64,000 nucleotides of DNA, from contig NHDG01000067.1 in NCBI GenBank assembly GCA_002167285.1, positions 88,153 to 152,152 on the forward strand, in the 5' to 3' direction. The translations under genes and the position numbers were made by a program. Shown in pieces: positions 19,064 through 28,067 of the stretch. Below the pieces are notes generated by a model. It searched no databases and had not been told where the DNA came from. It was given only the letters and a program-made list of their open reading frames with translations. How positions within the stretch are numbered: the first letter of the stretch is position 1; each line of letters starts with the position of its first letter. This DNA comes from Planctomycetia bacterium TMED53 (GTDB lineage: Bacteria; Planctomycetota; UBA8108; UBA1146).

Positions 19064-21003
19064 GAGAGTTCCGCCAACTTTTCATGATTCACTTCCCTGC
19101 GATCCTCTCGACGTCGGGTCCACCCCTGCTTGTCGAGGTGCTCCAGCAAGGGGATGGCAAATTTCCGAGTCGTTCCCAAGAGGTCCTTCGCTTCCGATGC
19201 ACTGAAGGGCCCTGAAGTTTCATGGTGGGCAGCTAGGCGCCTGACCGCTTCAAGAATCGCTTCTTCCAAGAGAACGACATCAGGGGTCAATCGCACCAAC
19301 TCACCCCGATCGACCAATAGAGATTGAAGTTTGCTAAGGAGAGCTTCGGTGGTTCCGAACTCCGGTGCCAAATCCTCATTTCGCCCAGCTTCAAATAGGT
19401 TTCCTGCCAGATAGTTACGGTACTTCTCCAGCACTGCTCTTTCAGCTTCCGGAATAGGCGGTTCAAAATCTGGAATAGAAAGCCTTCCACCACGCAATCT
19501 ATCAAGACGGCCCTCTGCGACCAAACTTTCATAAACCGCTTCAAGAAAACCATCTTCGAGTCGAAGTGCATCGCGAATTTCAAGGGCCTTCACCGATACA
19601 CGATAAGGGTCTTGGCGGAATACTGTCTCGATGGCACCGGTGATACGCTCACCTGCCATTCTCATTCCCTCTTGAACCAACCAACGACCACCTTGCAAAG
19701 AAGTGACCTCACCAGCTGAAGCGAGTTCTTCAAGATACTCGGCAACCTGCTCCTGGGTGACGGTCATACGACGTGACAATTCTTCGGTCGTGTGAATCTC
19801 CAGTAATGCATCCTGAAGAAGACTGCGTAAATAATCTTGTGGGCTGTCGAGTGCTGTCATCTTTCGCCGTACCGATTCGACGACAAAATCTTTACCGGTC
19901 TTCAGGCGCCAGCGAGAACGGTCGAGAATTTCTCCACCACCCAGGGTGATCATCGGCGAAGTTTGACGCAGGACGAAGCGATCACCAGGAGCGACGACGA
20001 CCGGCTCCTCCAGCCGAATCTGTGCCACCGCCTCTTCCCCCGGTTCCAAACTGGTGCAATCGAGCAGGTACAGGCGCCCGACCGCTTCTGTCGTGCCCTG
20101 CAAAAACCGAATCGGCATTCGATGGGTTAACGGTTGAGACAAACCTGACAGGGACCGCAAGCTGACTTCGAGCATCTCGGTTGCGGTAAAATAGCCCGGT
20201 GTTGCAGCCACCATTCCTCGACTCAGGTCCTTATAATTGACATCCGCCAAGTTAATCGCTGTCGAATGACCGGCACGTGCACGATCCACTGTTACTTTGT
20301 AGGCTTGCAAGCCGCGAACCCTACCTTGATGTTCGCCAGGAAGAATCTCCAATCGATCATCCTTGGCTACAGCTCCACTTACAGGAACACCGGTGATGAC
20401 TGTCCCGTGCCCCTTCGAGGAAAAAACCCTCTGGATCGGTAAGCGAAAAACACCTTCCGTATCCCGAGATGGCAATTCGCCAATGATGCCGATGACTTCA
20501 TCACGTAATGCGTCGATCCCATCGCCGGTCTCAGCACTCACCCTGAGCATAGGAGCATCCTCGAGGAAGGTCCCTTGCACCGTTTCACGAATTTCTTCCT
20601 CGACCAACTCCAGCATCTCGCTATCGACTAAGTCGATCTTATTGATGGCGATCACTCCGCGCTCAACTCCGAGGAGGGTCATGATGGCGAGGTGCTCCAA
20701 AGTTTGAGGCATCACTGAATCGTCTGCGGCAACCACCAAAACGACTAAATCGATGCCGCTGGCCCCAGCGACCATGTTGCGGATAAATTTTTCGTGGCCA
20801 GGAACATCGATGATCCCTACCAGCTCACCCCCCGGCAGCTTCATCGGCGCAAAACCAAGATCGATGGTCAATCCGCGATCTTTCTCCTCAGGGAGCCGAT
20901 CTGGGTCAATCCCCGTCAAACGGCGCACTAAAGACGACTTTCCATGGTCGATATGTCCGGCGGTGCCGACAACGACACCGAAAATGCTGTCTTCTGTGGC
21001 CAA
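19060..21003 (-). CDS. selB: Selenocysteine-specific translation elongation factor
   Basis: GTAGHIDHGKS, RLPEEKDRGLTIDLGFA, DVPGHEKF, C-terminal winged helix TRKFAIPLLEHLD; start likely TTG 21003. Confidence 0.96.
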   Translation of the reverse strand: MATEDSIFGVVVGTAGHIDHGKSSLVRRLTGIDPDRLPEEKDRGLTIDLGFAPMKLPGGELVGIIDVPGHEKFIRNMVAGASGIDLVVLVVAADDSVMPQTLEHLAIMTLLGVERGVIAINKIDLVDSEMLELVEEEIRETVQGTFLEDAPMLRVSAETGDGIDALRDEVIGIIGELPSRDTEGVFRLPIQRVFSSKGHGTVITGVPVSGAVAKDDRLEILPGEHQGRVRGLQAYKVTVDRARAGHSTAINLADVNYKDLSRGMVAATPGYFTATEMLEVSLRSLSGLSQPLTHRMPIRFLQGTTEAVGRLYLLDCTSLEPGEEAVAQIRLEEPVVVAPGDRFVLRQTSPMITLGGGEILDRSRWRLKTGKDFVVESVRRKMTALDSPQDYLRSLLQDALLEIHTTEELSRRMTVTQEQVAEYLEELASAGEVTSLQGGRWLVQEGMRMAGERITGAIETVFRQDPYRVSVKALEIRDALRLEDGFLEAVYESLVAEGRLDRLRGGRLSIPDFEPPIPEAERAVLEKYRNYLAGNLFEAGRNEDLAPEFGTTEALLSKLQSLLVDRGELVRLTPDVVLLEEAILEAVRRLAAHHETSGPFSASEAKDLLGTTRKFAIPLLEHLDKQGWTRRREDRREVNHEKLAELS

Positions 21004-21095
21004 ATGGGTCCTCCGGAACCGGTTCAACAATTTCATGGCAGAACTCAAGTTCTGCTCCCTTGACGATAACCGAGTTTTGTTCCAGCATCATTGCC

Positions 21096-21968
21096 ATGAG
21101 CACCGCCAGAGATGAAATCTTCTGTAAGTTTGCCATTCAGCAAGGCCTCTGGTCCAAAGAGGAGGCCGTGCTGTTTTTGAACCATTTCCGTTCGGAGGGC
21201 TCCCCCGGCAGATTTGGTGATTGGGCTGCCGAACAGGGAGCGATCTCTGCAGAAATCGCCCAACGTATCGAAGCCGCCATCGATAAAAGGATCGGTGCTT
21301 CTCCAGCAGCAACAAACCAACCTGGCAAGAAACCTGCCTCCGGAAATACGGGGGGAAGTGCAGCAGCGGGCCGCGGTGGTAAAACTCGCCGTCGTCGCAA
21401 ACGGGGTGGTGGTGGTCTCGGTCTCGATTTTGAAAAGAATCCGGTTCAGACCTCGATCTATCTCGCATGTGGAATTTTGGCGCTTGGGCTCGTGGTATAC
21501 GTCATCTACAACTTCCAAAAAGCGGATCCACCACCGCCACCGAAGACTACTGAAGAATCCCAAAGTGAATCTTCGAGTTCTTCGACATCCGCCACCGCAA
21601 ACGAAGCGCCTCCAGCGCCCATCTTCAGTGAAGAAGAACTGCTGAATATGGACAACCGAATCAACGTCGCCATCACCGATGCACGTCAGTACCTGCGAGA
21701 TGGAAAACTCTATCTGGGCATCAATATTCTCAACAAGTTGCGGGAGGACCTCGGAGGCAACGACCTTCCCGAAGCACAAAGATCACGACTCGATTCTCAA
21801 CTTGCCGAGTTGTCAGAAATTCGTGAAGGCACCTATTCAGACCTTCTCGAAGAATTACGCGAGGCCAAAGGGAGCGGCTCAGATCAAGATGTGCAAGACG
21901 CCCTCGATGAAATCGAACAAAACTGCGGCCCCGATTTCCGCGCCCGCGCCGAGAAGGAGGGGGCCTAA
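21096..21968 (+). CDS. Single-pass membrane protein with N-terminal MshEN-like helical motif
   Basis: FCKFAIQQGLWS...RFGDWAAEQGAIS, basic linker, TM IYLACGILALGLVVYVIY, Pro/Ser linker, helical C-terminal domain. Confidence 0.7.
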   Translation: MSTARDEIFCKFAIQQGLWSKEEAVLFLNHFRSEGSPGRFGDWAAEQGAISAEIAQRIEAAIDKRIGASPAATNQPGKKPASGNTGGSAAAGRGGKTRRRRKRGGGGLGLDFEKNPVQTSIYLACGILALGLVVYVIYNFQKADPPPPPKTTEESQSESSSSSTSATANEAPPAPIFSEEELLNMDNRINVAITDARQYLRDGKLYLGINILNKLREDLGGNDLPEAQRSRLDSQLAELSEIREGTYSDLLEELREAKGSGSDQDVQDALDEIEQNCGPDFRARAEKEGA

Positions 21969-21982
21969 GCCCCGCTTGCACC

Positions 21983-22879
21983 ATGGCTCGTGAAAGACTC
22001 CAGAAATACCTGGCCCGCTGCGGCCATGGATCCCGCCGCCGCGCTGAGCTTCTCATCGAAAAAGGGCTCGTCTTCGTCAATGGCGAAGTCGCTGATCTCG
22101 GAGTCAGCATTCAGCCTGGCAAAGATGAAGTCGTCCTTCATGGTGAAAAGGTCCAGCCCCCCAAGACTCTGACCGTCATGTTTCACAAGACCGCAGGAAC
22201 GATCACCAGCACCCATGACACCCACGATCGCTTGACCGTCATGGACATGCTGCCAAAACGAATCGTCGATGCAGGGGTTCTTCCTGCCGGAAGGCTCGAC
22301 TTAGAAACCGAAGGATTACTAATCTTCACCAATGACGGTGATCTTTTGCACCGCATCACCCACCCGCGCTACCGCTGCCGTAAGGAATATTTTGTCGTCC
22401 TGTCGCGCGCGCCATCCGAAAGAATATTGGAAACCCTTCGTCGAGGGGTCTTCCTCCCCGATGTTGGTAAAGAAACCTCCCCCGCACAGATCACCCGTCT
22501 GCGCCGCCGCAAGGATGGCACCGCTTCACTCCACATCGTCATTCACGAGGGAATGAAGAGACAGATCAGGCGTATGTTCTCAGGGCAGGGCCTCGAAGTG
22601 ACATATCTCAAACGAATCTCTATCGGAAAACTGAGCCTCGACGACCTCGCCCCTGGCAAGTACCGAACCCTTCGTGATCGAGACCTCGCGCAGTTATTGA
22701 AATCCGATGAGGACGAAAAAAACCGTCCTCCCCATCCGAAGGGACGAGGAGGACGGTCGAGCTCCAAAGGAGGCTCTGGAAGGAGTTCAAGGGGCACGAG
22801 TGGCCAACGTGAAGGTCAAAAGCGAGGTCAACAGCGTGGCGGTCAACAGCGCGGCGGGCAACGCAGAAGCCAACGTTAA
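21983..22879 (+). CDS. rluB: rRNA pseudouridine synthase, RsuA/RluB family with S4 domain and R/G/Q-rich tail
   Basis: ERLQKYLARCG.GSRR S4, AGRLDLETEGLL, EGMKRQIRRM. Confidence 0.88.
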   Translation: MARERLQKYLARCGHGSRRRAELLIEKGLVFVNGEVADLGVSIQPGKDEVVLHGEKVQPPKTLTVMFHKTAGTITSTHDTHDRLTVMDMLPKRIVDAGVLPAGRLDLETEGLLIFTNDGDLLHRITHPRYRCRKEYFVVLSRAPSERILETLRRGVFLPDVGKETSPAQITRLRRRKDGTASLHIVIHEGMKRQIRRMFSGQGLEVTYLKRISIGKLSLDDLAPGKYRTLRDRDLAQLLKSDEDEKNRPPHPKGRGGRSSSKGGSGRSSRGTSGQREGQKRGQQRGGQQRGGQRRSQR

Positions 22880-23280
22880 TCCAAGATCACCTGCAGGTAG
22901 CCATCCACATCAGTCGAATCGATGACCACTTCCCACAATCCAGGTACTCCCAAATCAGAGAGCGCTTTATAGATCACATTGCCACCATTACCGAAAAATG
23001 TTTCGTCATAAATTTTGAAGTTAAAATTATCAAAGATCCGAATCCGTACGATTCCATCAAACTTCAATCCATCGAGAGTGACGAAGGCATCACTTAAAGT
23101 CGTGAACCAGAGGTAGCTCTCTGAGTAGTAGAAGTTTGAAAAATCGCCCGAATAGGTGAAGAGCTGTGAATCTCGGGTGACCAAAGGGTCATTGATGCAA
23201 CTGCCACAGCCGTAGTTCTTGCACCCCGAAGATAAGATCAACACCGCTGCCAACCCTGCAGCCAAAACACGAGAAGACAT
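22876..23280 (-). CDS. Putative lipoprotein, beta-rich
   Basis: Lipobox-like LILSSG-C after a hydrophobic stretch; CGSC follows the lipidated Cys. Confidence 0.7.
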   Translation of the reverse strand: MSSRVLAAGLAAVLILSSGCKNYGCGSCINDPLVTRDSQLFTYSGDFSNFYYSESYLWFTTLSDAFVTLDGLKFDGIVRIRIFDNFNFKIYDETFFGNGGNVIYKALSDLGVPGLWEVVIDSTDVDGYLQVILD

Positions 23281-23532
23281 CGTTACTCCCATCCAGAGAC
23301 CTTCATGGCCTCAGAAGATAGACGTACCGCCGCTTCGATTATTCATCGGTTTTTTATCTGCCAGAAACCACCCGCCCAACCAGACCAGTAGGATGGTCCC
23401 AAATTCGCCTATTCAAGCTATGCGGGTCTATTTCTTCGTAGATTCAGCCGTCACCTCTCGGCTATCCTGTGGATTGGCTCTGGGATTTTAATTCCCGTTT
23501 CCTGGACAGCTTCCCCTGAGAAAGGTCACTTT

Positions 23533-26181
23533 ATGCGGCTCAACACAATGTGCATCCGCCTGTGCCTCACCGCCCTGATTCTCCTTCTGGTCTCACCCAT
23601 CGGCTGGGCCCACGATCCATTTGACGAGATTCCCCCACCCTTCTTGGTCGTCGACAAACTCGAGCGGGAAGACCCTTTCCGCCAACTGGATGATGTTTTA
23701 CCGACCCCCAATGAGTCGCGACTCGGTTCCGGTGCACCGGGACCTGGATACTGGCAACAAAAGGTCGATATGGAAATCGACGTAACTCTCGATGCCGTAA
23801 ACCATCAACTCGATGGTCATGAGAAGGTGACCTACCACAATAATTCACCCCACACTCTGACCTACCTTTGGATGCAACTGGATCAGAATCGCTTCCGCGA
23901 AGATTCGATTGGAAATCGCTCAAGAGCGACAGACCCCAACGACGAACAAAGCATTCGCTGGCTGAGACGCCTCGCTTTCCAGCAACAGTTCGAGGGCGGT
24001 TTTCAAATTGAATCGATCGTCGATACTGCAGGAAACGCTGTTCCCTTTATCATCAACGACACTCTCTTGAGAATTGATCTCCCCAAGCCATTGGCTCCGG
24101 GAGAAACCTTCACCTATTCCTTGAAGTGGCAGCACAATATCGTCAACGCCAAAGTCCTTCGCGCCCGTGGAGGTTACGAATGGTTTGAAGATGCGGGTAA
24201 TGCCATCTACGAGATGGCGCAGTGGTTTCCGCGCATGTGCGCCTACACCGATTACGCCGGATGGCAAAACAAACAATTCATCGGCAGTGGTGAGTTCACA
24301 TTGGAGTTCGGTGATTACCTCGTCAATATCACCGTGCCCGACACCTTTGTCGTCACTGCAACCGGGGAACTGACCAACTCTGACGAGGTCATGACCGAAA
24401 CACAAATGAAGCGCCTCAAGGAATCGGAGACTGCGGCGAAACCGATGTTTGTCATCACGCCGGAGGAGGCCCTCGCCAATGAAGAGAAGGAAGCCACCGG
24501 CACGCGTACTTGGAGATTTGACGCCAAGAATGTTCGCGACTTCGCCTGGGCAGCCTCCCCAAAGTTCATCTGGGACTCTCTTGGAGTCGAGGTTCCCGGT
24601 GGTGAACTCACGATGGCGATGTCCTTCTACCCCAATGAAGGCGAGCCTCTGTGGAGTAAATACTCAACCCATGCCATCGCCCACACTCTCGAGGTCTTCT
24701 CTGAGATGTGTACTCCCTACCCCTACCCCGTCGCCATCAGTGTGAATGGTCCTGTCGGTGGCATGGAATACCCGATGATCTGCTTCAACGGCCCGCGCCC
24801 GGAGAAGGACGGCACCTACTCTGAACGAACAAAGTACGGCCTGATCGGCGTCATCATCCACGAAGTCGGACACAACTGGTTCCCGATGATCATCAACTCG
24901 GATGAGCGTCAGTGGACGTGGATGGATGAGGGACTCAACACCTTTGTACAATTCGTCACTCAACTCTCGTGGGAAGAGAAATACCCTTCTCGCCGTGGTG
25001 AAGCACGCAACATCACCGGTTTCATGACCAGCCCGAATCAGATGCCGATCATGACCAATAGCGAGCAACTGATTCAGTTCGGCAACAACGCCTATGCCAA
25101 GCCCGCCACCGCCCTCAATATCCTGCGCGAGAGTGTCATGGGCCGTGAACTCTTCGATTTCGCGTTCCGTGAATACTGCAAACGTTGGGAATTCCGTCGC
25201 CCCGAGCCCGCAGACCTCTTCCGTACCCTTGAAGATGCCAGCGGCATGGATCTGGATTGGTTCTGGCGCGGTTGGTTCTACACCACCGATCACGCGGATC
25301 TCGCCATCGAGAGTGTCGTTCGTTACCACATGGACAGCGGCAATCCGGATGTCGAGAAGCCCCTCCAAAAAGAGGAGCGCGACAGCGATCCAGAGTGGAT
25401 CAGCCGAACCAACAACAAGGATATTCCATTCCGTAGCGATCGCTTCCCGGAGCTGCTCGACTTCTACAATAGCTTCGATGAACTCGATGTCACCGCTGAG
25501 GATCGCCGTGGTTACGAAGCCTTCCTCGCACGACTCGATGCCGGTGATGAAGAACTCCTCAATCGGGATTGGAACTTCACCGTCATTCGCTTGCGGAACT
25601 ACGGAGGTCTAGTGATGCCAGTTCCAGTACGCATCACCTACTCCAGTGGAAAAACTGAAGAGCAGCACCTTCCCGCTGAATTGTGGCGCTCCAATCCGCG
25701 GGTGATTTCACGTCTTCTCGTCACTCCAGAACCGGTGGTCAAGGTCGAGATCGACCCCAACCTGGAAATCGCCGATGGAGATCGCAGCAACAACACCTAT
25801 CCTCAAGAGATCGACCAAAAACGCTTCCGAATTCGTCCTGATTCCGATCGATCAAACCCGATGCAACGCTCCCGTGATGAAAGATTGCTGAAAGAAGCAG
25901 AGCTGGCTGCAGGAAGGTTGGGTCAAGAGATCGCCAAGCGCATCGCCTCCAACACCGTGGGAACCCCAGTGCCAGCAGCTTCTGGAATCATCTCTGAGTT
26001 ACGCCAAGACTTCTTCAATGATCCCTTCGGATCTGAGTTCTCCGTCTTCGATTTCGAAGGTGAAGAAGGCATCGCCCGCATCTATTCGGTCGGGCCCGAT
26101 GGCGATCCTGGAACCGCTGACGATTTGACGTGGATTGTTCGTAAGGATGGTCACATCGATTGGTGGATCTCCGAAAAATAA
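23533..26181 (+). CDS. Exported M1 family aminopeptidase with C-terminal GspG-like extension
   Basis: Signal peptide; GGMEYP, HEVGHNWF...WMDEG; C-terminal DPFG...IYSVGPDGDPGTADDL. Confidence 0.92.
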   Translation: MRLNTMCIRLCLTALILLLVSPIGWAHDPFDEIPPPFLVVDKLEREDPFRQLDDVLPTPNESRLGSGAPGPGYWQQKVDMEIDVTLDAVNHQLDGHEKVTYHNNSPHTLTYLWMQLDQNRFREDSIGNRSRATDPNDEQSIRWLRRLAFQQQFEGGFQIESIVDTAGNAVPFIINDTLLRIDLPKPLAPGETFTYSLKWQHNIVNAKVLRARGGYEWFEDAGNAIYEMAQWFPRMCAYTDYAGWQNKQFIGSGEFTLEFGDYLVNITVPDTFVVTATGELTNSDEVMTETQMKRLKESETAAKPMFVITPEEALANEEKEATGTRTWRFDAKNVRDFAWAASPKFIWDSLGVEVPGGELTMAMSFYPNEGEPLWSKYSTHAIAHTLEVFSEMCTPYPYPVAISVNGPVGGMEYPMICFNGPRPEKDGTYSERTKYGLIGVIIHEVGHNWFPMIINSDERQWTWMDEGLNTFVQFVTQLSWEEKYPSRRGEARNITGFMTSPNQMPIMTNSEQLIQFGNNAYAKPATALNILRESVMGRELFDFAFREYCKRWEFRRPEPADLFRTLEDASGMDLDWFWRGWFYTTDHADLAIESVVRYHMDSGNPDVEKPLQKEERDSDPEWISRTNNKDIPFRSDRFPELLDFYNSFDELDVTAEDRRGYEAFLARLDAGDEELLNRDWNFTVIRLRNYGGLVMPVPVRITYSSGKTEEQHLPAELWRSNPRVISRLLVTPEPVVKVEIDPNLEIADGDRSNNTYPQEIDQKRFRIRPDSDRSNPMQRSRDERLLKEAELAAGRLGQEIAKRIASNTVGTPVPAASGIISELRQDFFNDPFGSEFSVFDFEGEEGIARIYSVGPDGDPGTADDLTWIVRKDGHIDWWISEK

Positions 26182-26202
26182 TACCACTGAAATTTTGACG
26201 AC

Positions 26203-26259
26203 GAGCGGATCCGCAGGAGGACAGAGGACGACCTCCTGCCCGGATCCGCTCTTTTTTTT
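26203..26259 (+). terminator. Intrinsic terminator
   Basis: GAGCGGATCCG-CAGGAGG...CCTCCTG-CC-CGGATCCGCTC followed by T8. Confidence 0.85.
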
Positions 26260-26315
26260 GCCCCAGCTCTCACTTCACTTCTTCAAATCCCCACCCACCT
26301 GCGTTCTTCACACCT

Positions 26316-26347
26316 TTTCATGGCCCTATTTCATGGCCCTATTTCAT
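26316..26347. repeat. 13-bp tandem direct repeat (2.5 copies)
   Basis: TTTCATGGCCCTA TTTCATGGCCCTA TTTCAT. Confidence 0.8.
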
Positions 26348-26378
26348 TAACCGAATTCCATTTCAAATCCCTGGAAGA

Positions 26379-26394
26379 TGGCACTCGTCTTGCA
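26379..26394 (+). promoter_or_regulatory. Sigma-54 -24/-12 promoter
   Basis: TGGCAC-TCGTC-TTGCA, 37 bp upstream of ATG 26432 (RBS GGAGGAG). Confidence 0.72.
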
Positions 26395-26431
26395 ATGCCT
26401 CCCTCCCGCCCTAATCACGAGGAGGAGAATC

Positions 26432-28048
26432 ATGCGTGGCGATCGTCATCTATTGACCTACTTTATTGGCTGTCTGTTTCTGGCTCTCATCGGCCTATTG
26501 ATCTTTCAAAGCAGTGGATACTCGCAAACTTCTGGATACTCGACAGCCCCACCTTTGATCGTTGCAGATACGAGCCGTGATCACCTGATCGGGCTCAAGG
26601 ATCTCGATGGGGATGGTTTCTATTTTTCCCCCGAAGAGCACTCCATCCTTCTCACCGAACTTTCCGGGATCGACCTCTCGATCCCAGCAGCTCTACTCAG
26701 TCGGCCCGATGATTTGCTTCTTTTGGATGGGGGGAGCGTCGATCAACTGATCTCCTTACGCGATCTCGATGGAGACGGCAGCTGGATTGGCAATGGTGAA
26801 ACTAGCGTGCTTTACGATGGCGGAAATTCGATCCCTGATTGGGTCTACCCAACGGCTCTATGCCGAGATCCAGCTTCTGTACAAGGCGTTGAAACTCTTT
26901 ACGTCGCCGATCGCAGTACCACCCGAAGAAGAATTCTGCAACTGCGAGATCTCGACGGCGACGGTTCTTTCAGCACCGGTGAAGCTCAAATCTGGTGGAG
27001 CGTTTTGAATGGCCCAAATATCGATCCTTCTTTTCTCCCGACAGAACTGCTCGCTATCGCTCCTTCCGAGTTACTGGTTGTCGATGGGCCTCGTGGGCTG
27101 ATTCACCGTGCTCACGATATCGACGGTAATGGCATCATCGACACTGATGCCGAATGGTCCCCCTGGTTCGTAGCCCCCAGTGATTTCGGCATCACCCGTA
27201 TCTCCGATTTCCAGCGTGGAGACGATGGACGATTTTGGCTGACTGATGATGTGAGTGGTCAGGTGTTTATCTTCGAAGATTCCGACAGCAGTGACCGCAT
27301 CGATCGCAATGAGGAAGTCATTCTCTTTACCTCGAAATCTTCACCGCGTTCAATATGGCCCCACCCTAGCACGGGGGCATTCATCGGAGATGGCGAGACC
27401 GATACTCTTTGGTTTTGCCGAGATGAAGATGGCGATGGATCTGCTTTTGGAAATGAAGAGTGTATTGCACTACTCCCTGATTCTTTCGCAGATCTATCGA
27501 CTCCATCAGCGATCAGCGGCCCCCAAGGTTGGCAAAGTTTGCAATTTGAAAGCATCGATCCTCCATGGGTCTCACGAGAAGGGCAGGTAGTCGAGATCCA
27601 TGGCGATGGTTGGAGTACGGGAGTTCCGATTTCCTTACAGGTATCGGGCACAGAGATACCGGCGACCAGTGTACTCCCACAAAGAATCGTTGCAGATTTC
27701 CCACCTCTGCAGGAAGGAGTCCACGACTTGTGGATCCAGTCCGGTCAGTGGCACGGTTATATTCCCGCGGCGATCACGGTTGTTCCAACTTTCATTCGGG
27801 GAGACGTCACTCGCGATCAGCACATCAATTTGGCGGATCCGCTGCGTTTACTGCAATGGCTCTATATTCCGGGAGTCCCTCCCCTGCCCTGCCTCGACGC
27901 AGCCGATGTGAATGATGATGAACTTCTGCAACTCACCGATGCCGTATGGCTACTCGACTACCTCTTCGGTGGAGGACCGATGCCGCAGTTGCCATTTCCT
28001 GAATCAGGGCCCGATCCTGTTCAAGAGGAACAGGGCTGCGTTGAATGA
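26432..28048 (+). CDS. Exported protein: DxDGDG-repeat beta-propeller-like region, IPT/TIG-like domain, C-terminal dockerin-like (EF-hand pair) domain
   Basis: Repeated [LR]DLDGDG motifs; FESIDPPWVSREG..VEIHG; FIRGDVTRDQHINLADP...CLDAADVNDDELLQLTD. Confidence 0.8.
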   Translation: MRGDRHLLTYFIGCLFLALIGLLIFQSSGYSQTSGYSTAPPLIVADTSRDHLIGLKDLDGDGFYFSPEEHSILLTELSGIDLSIPAALLSRPDDLLLLDGGSVDQLISLRDLDGDGSWIGNGETSVLYDGGNSIPDWVYPTALCRDPASVQGVETLYVADRSTTRRRILQLRDLDGDGSFSTGEAQIWWSVLNGPNIDPSFLPTELLAIAPSELLVVDGPRGLIHRAHDIDGNGIIDTDAEWSPWFVAPSDFGITRISDFQRGDDGRFWLTDDVSGQVFIFEDSDSSDRIDRNEEVILFTSKSSPRSIWPHPSTGAFIGDGETDTLWFCRDEDGDGSAFGNEECIALLPDSFADLSTPSAISGPQGWQSLQFESIDPPWVSREGQVVEIHGDGWSTGVPISLQVSGTEIPATSVLPQRIVADFPPLQEGVHDLWIQSGQWHGYIPAAITVVPTFIRGDVTRDQHINLADPLRLLQWLYIPGVPPLPCLDAADVNDDELLQLTDAVWLLDYLFGGGPMPQLPFPESGPDPVQEEQGCVE

Positions 28049-28067
28049 GAGCAATGGAGTGAACCGA

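Noticed and set aside
22800-22879. GQQRG repeats at the end of the pseudouridine synthase
   Set aside because: Low-complexity basic tails are common in RluB-family proteins
26275-26375. tRNA-Sec near TTCAAA words
   Set aside because: No anticodon stem, T-arm or acceptor stem can be formed; no tRNA found anywhere in the window
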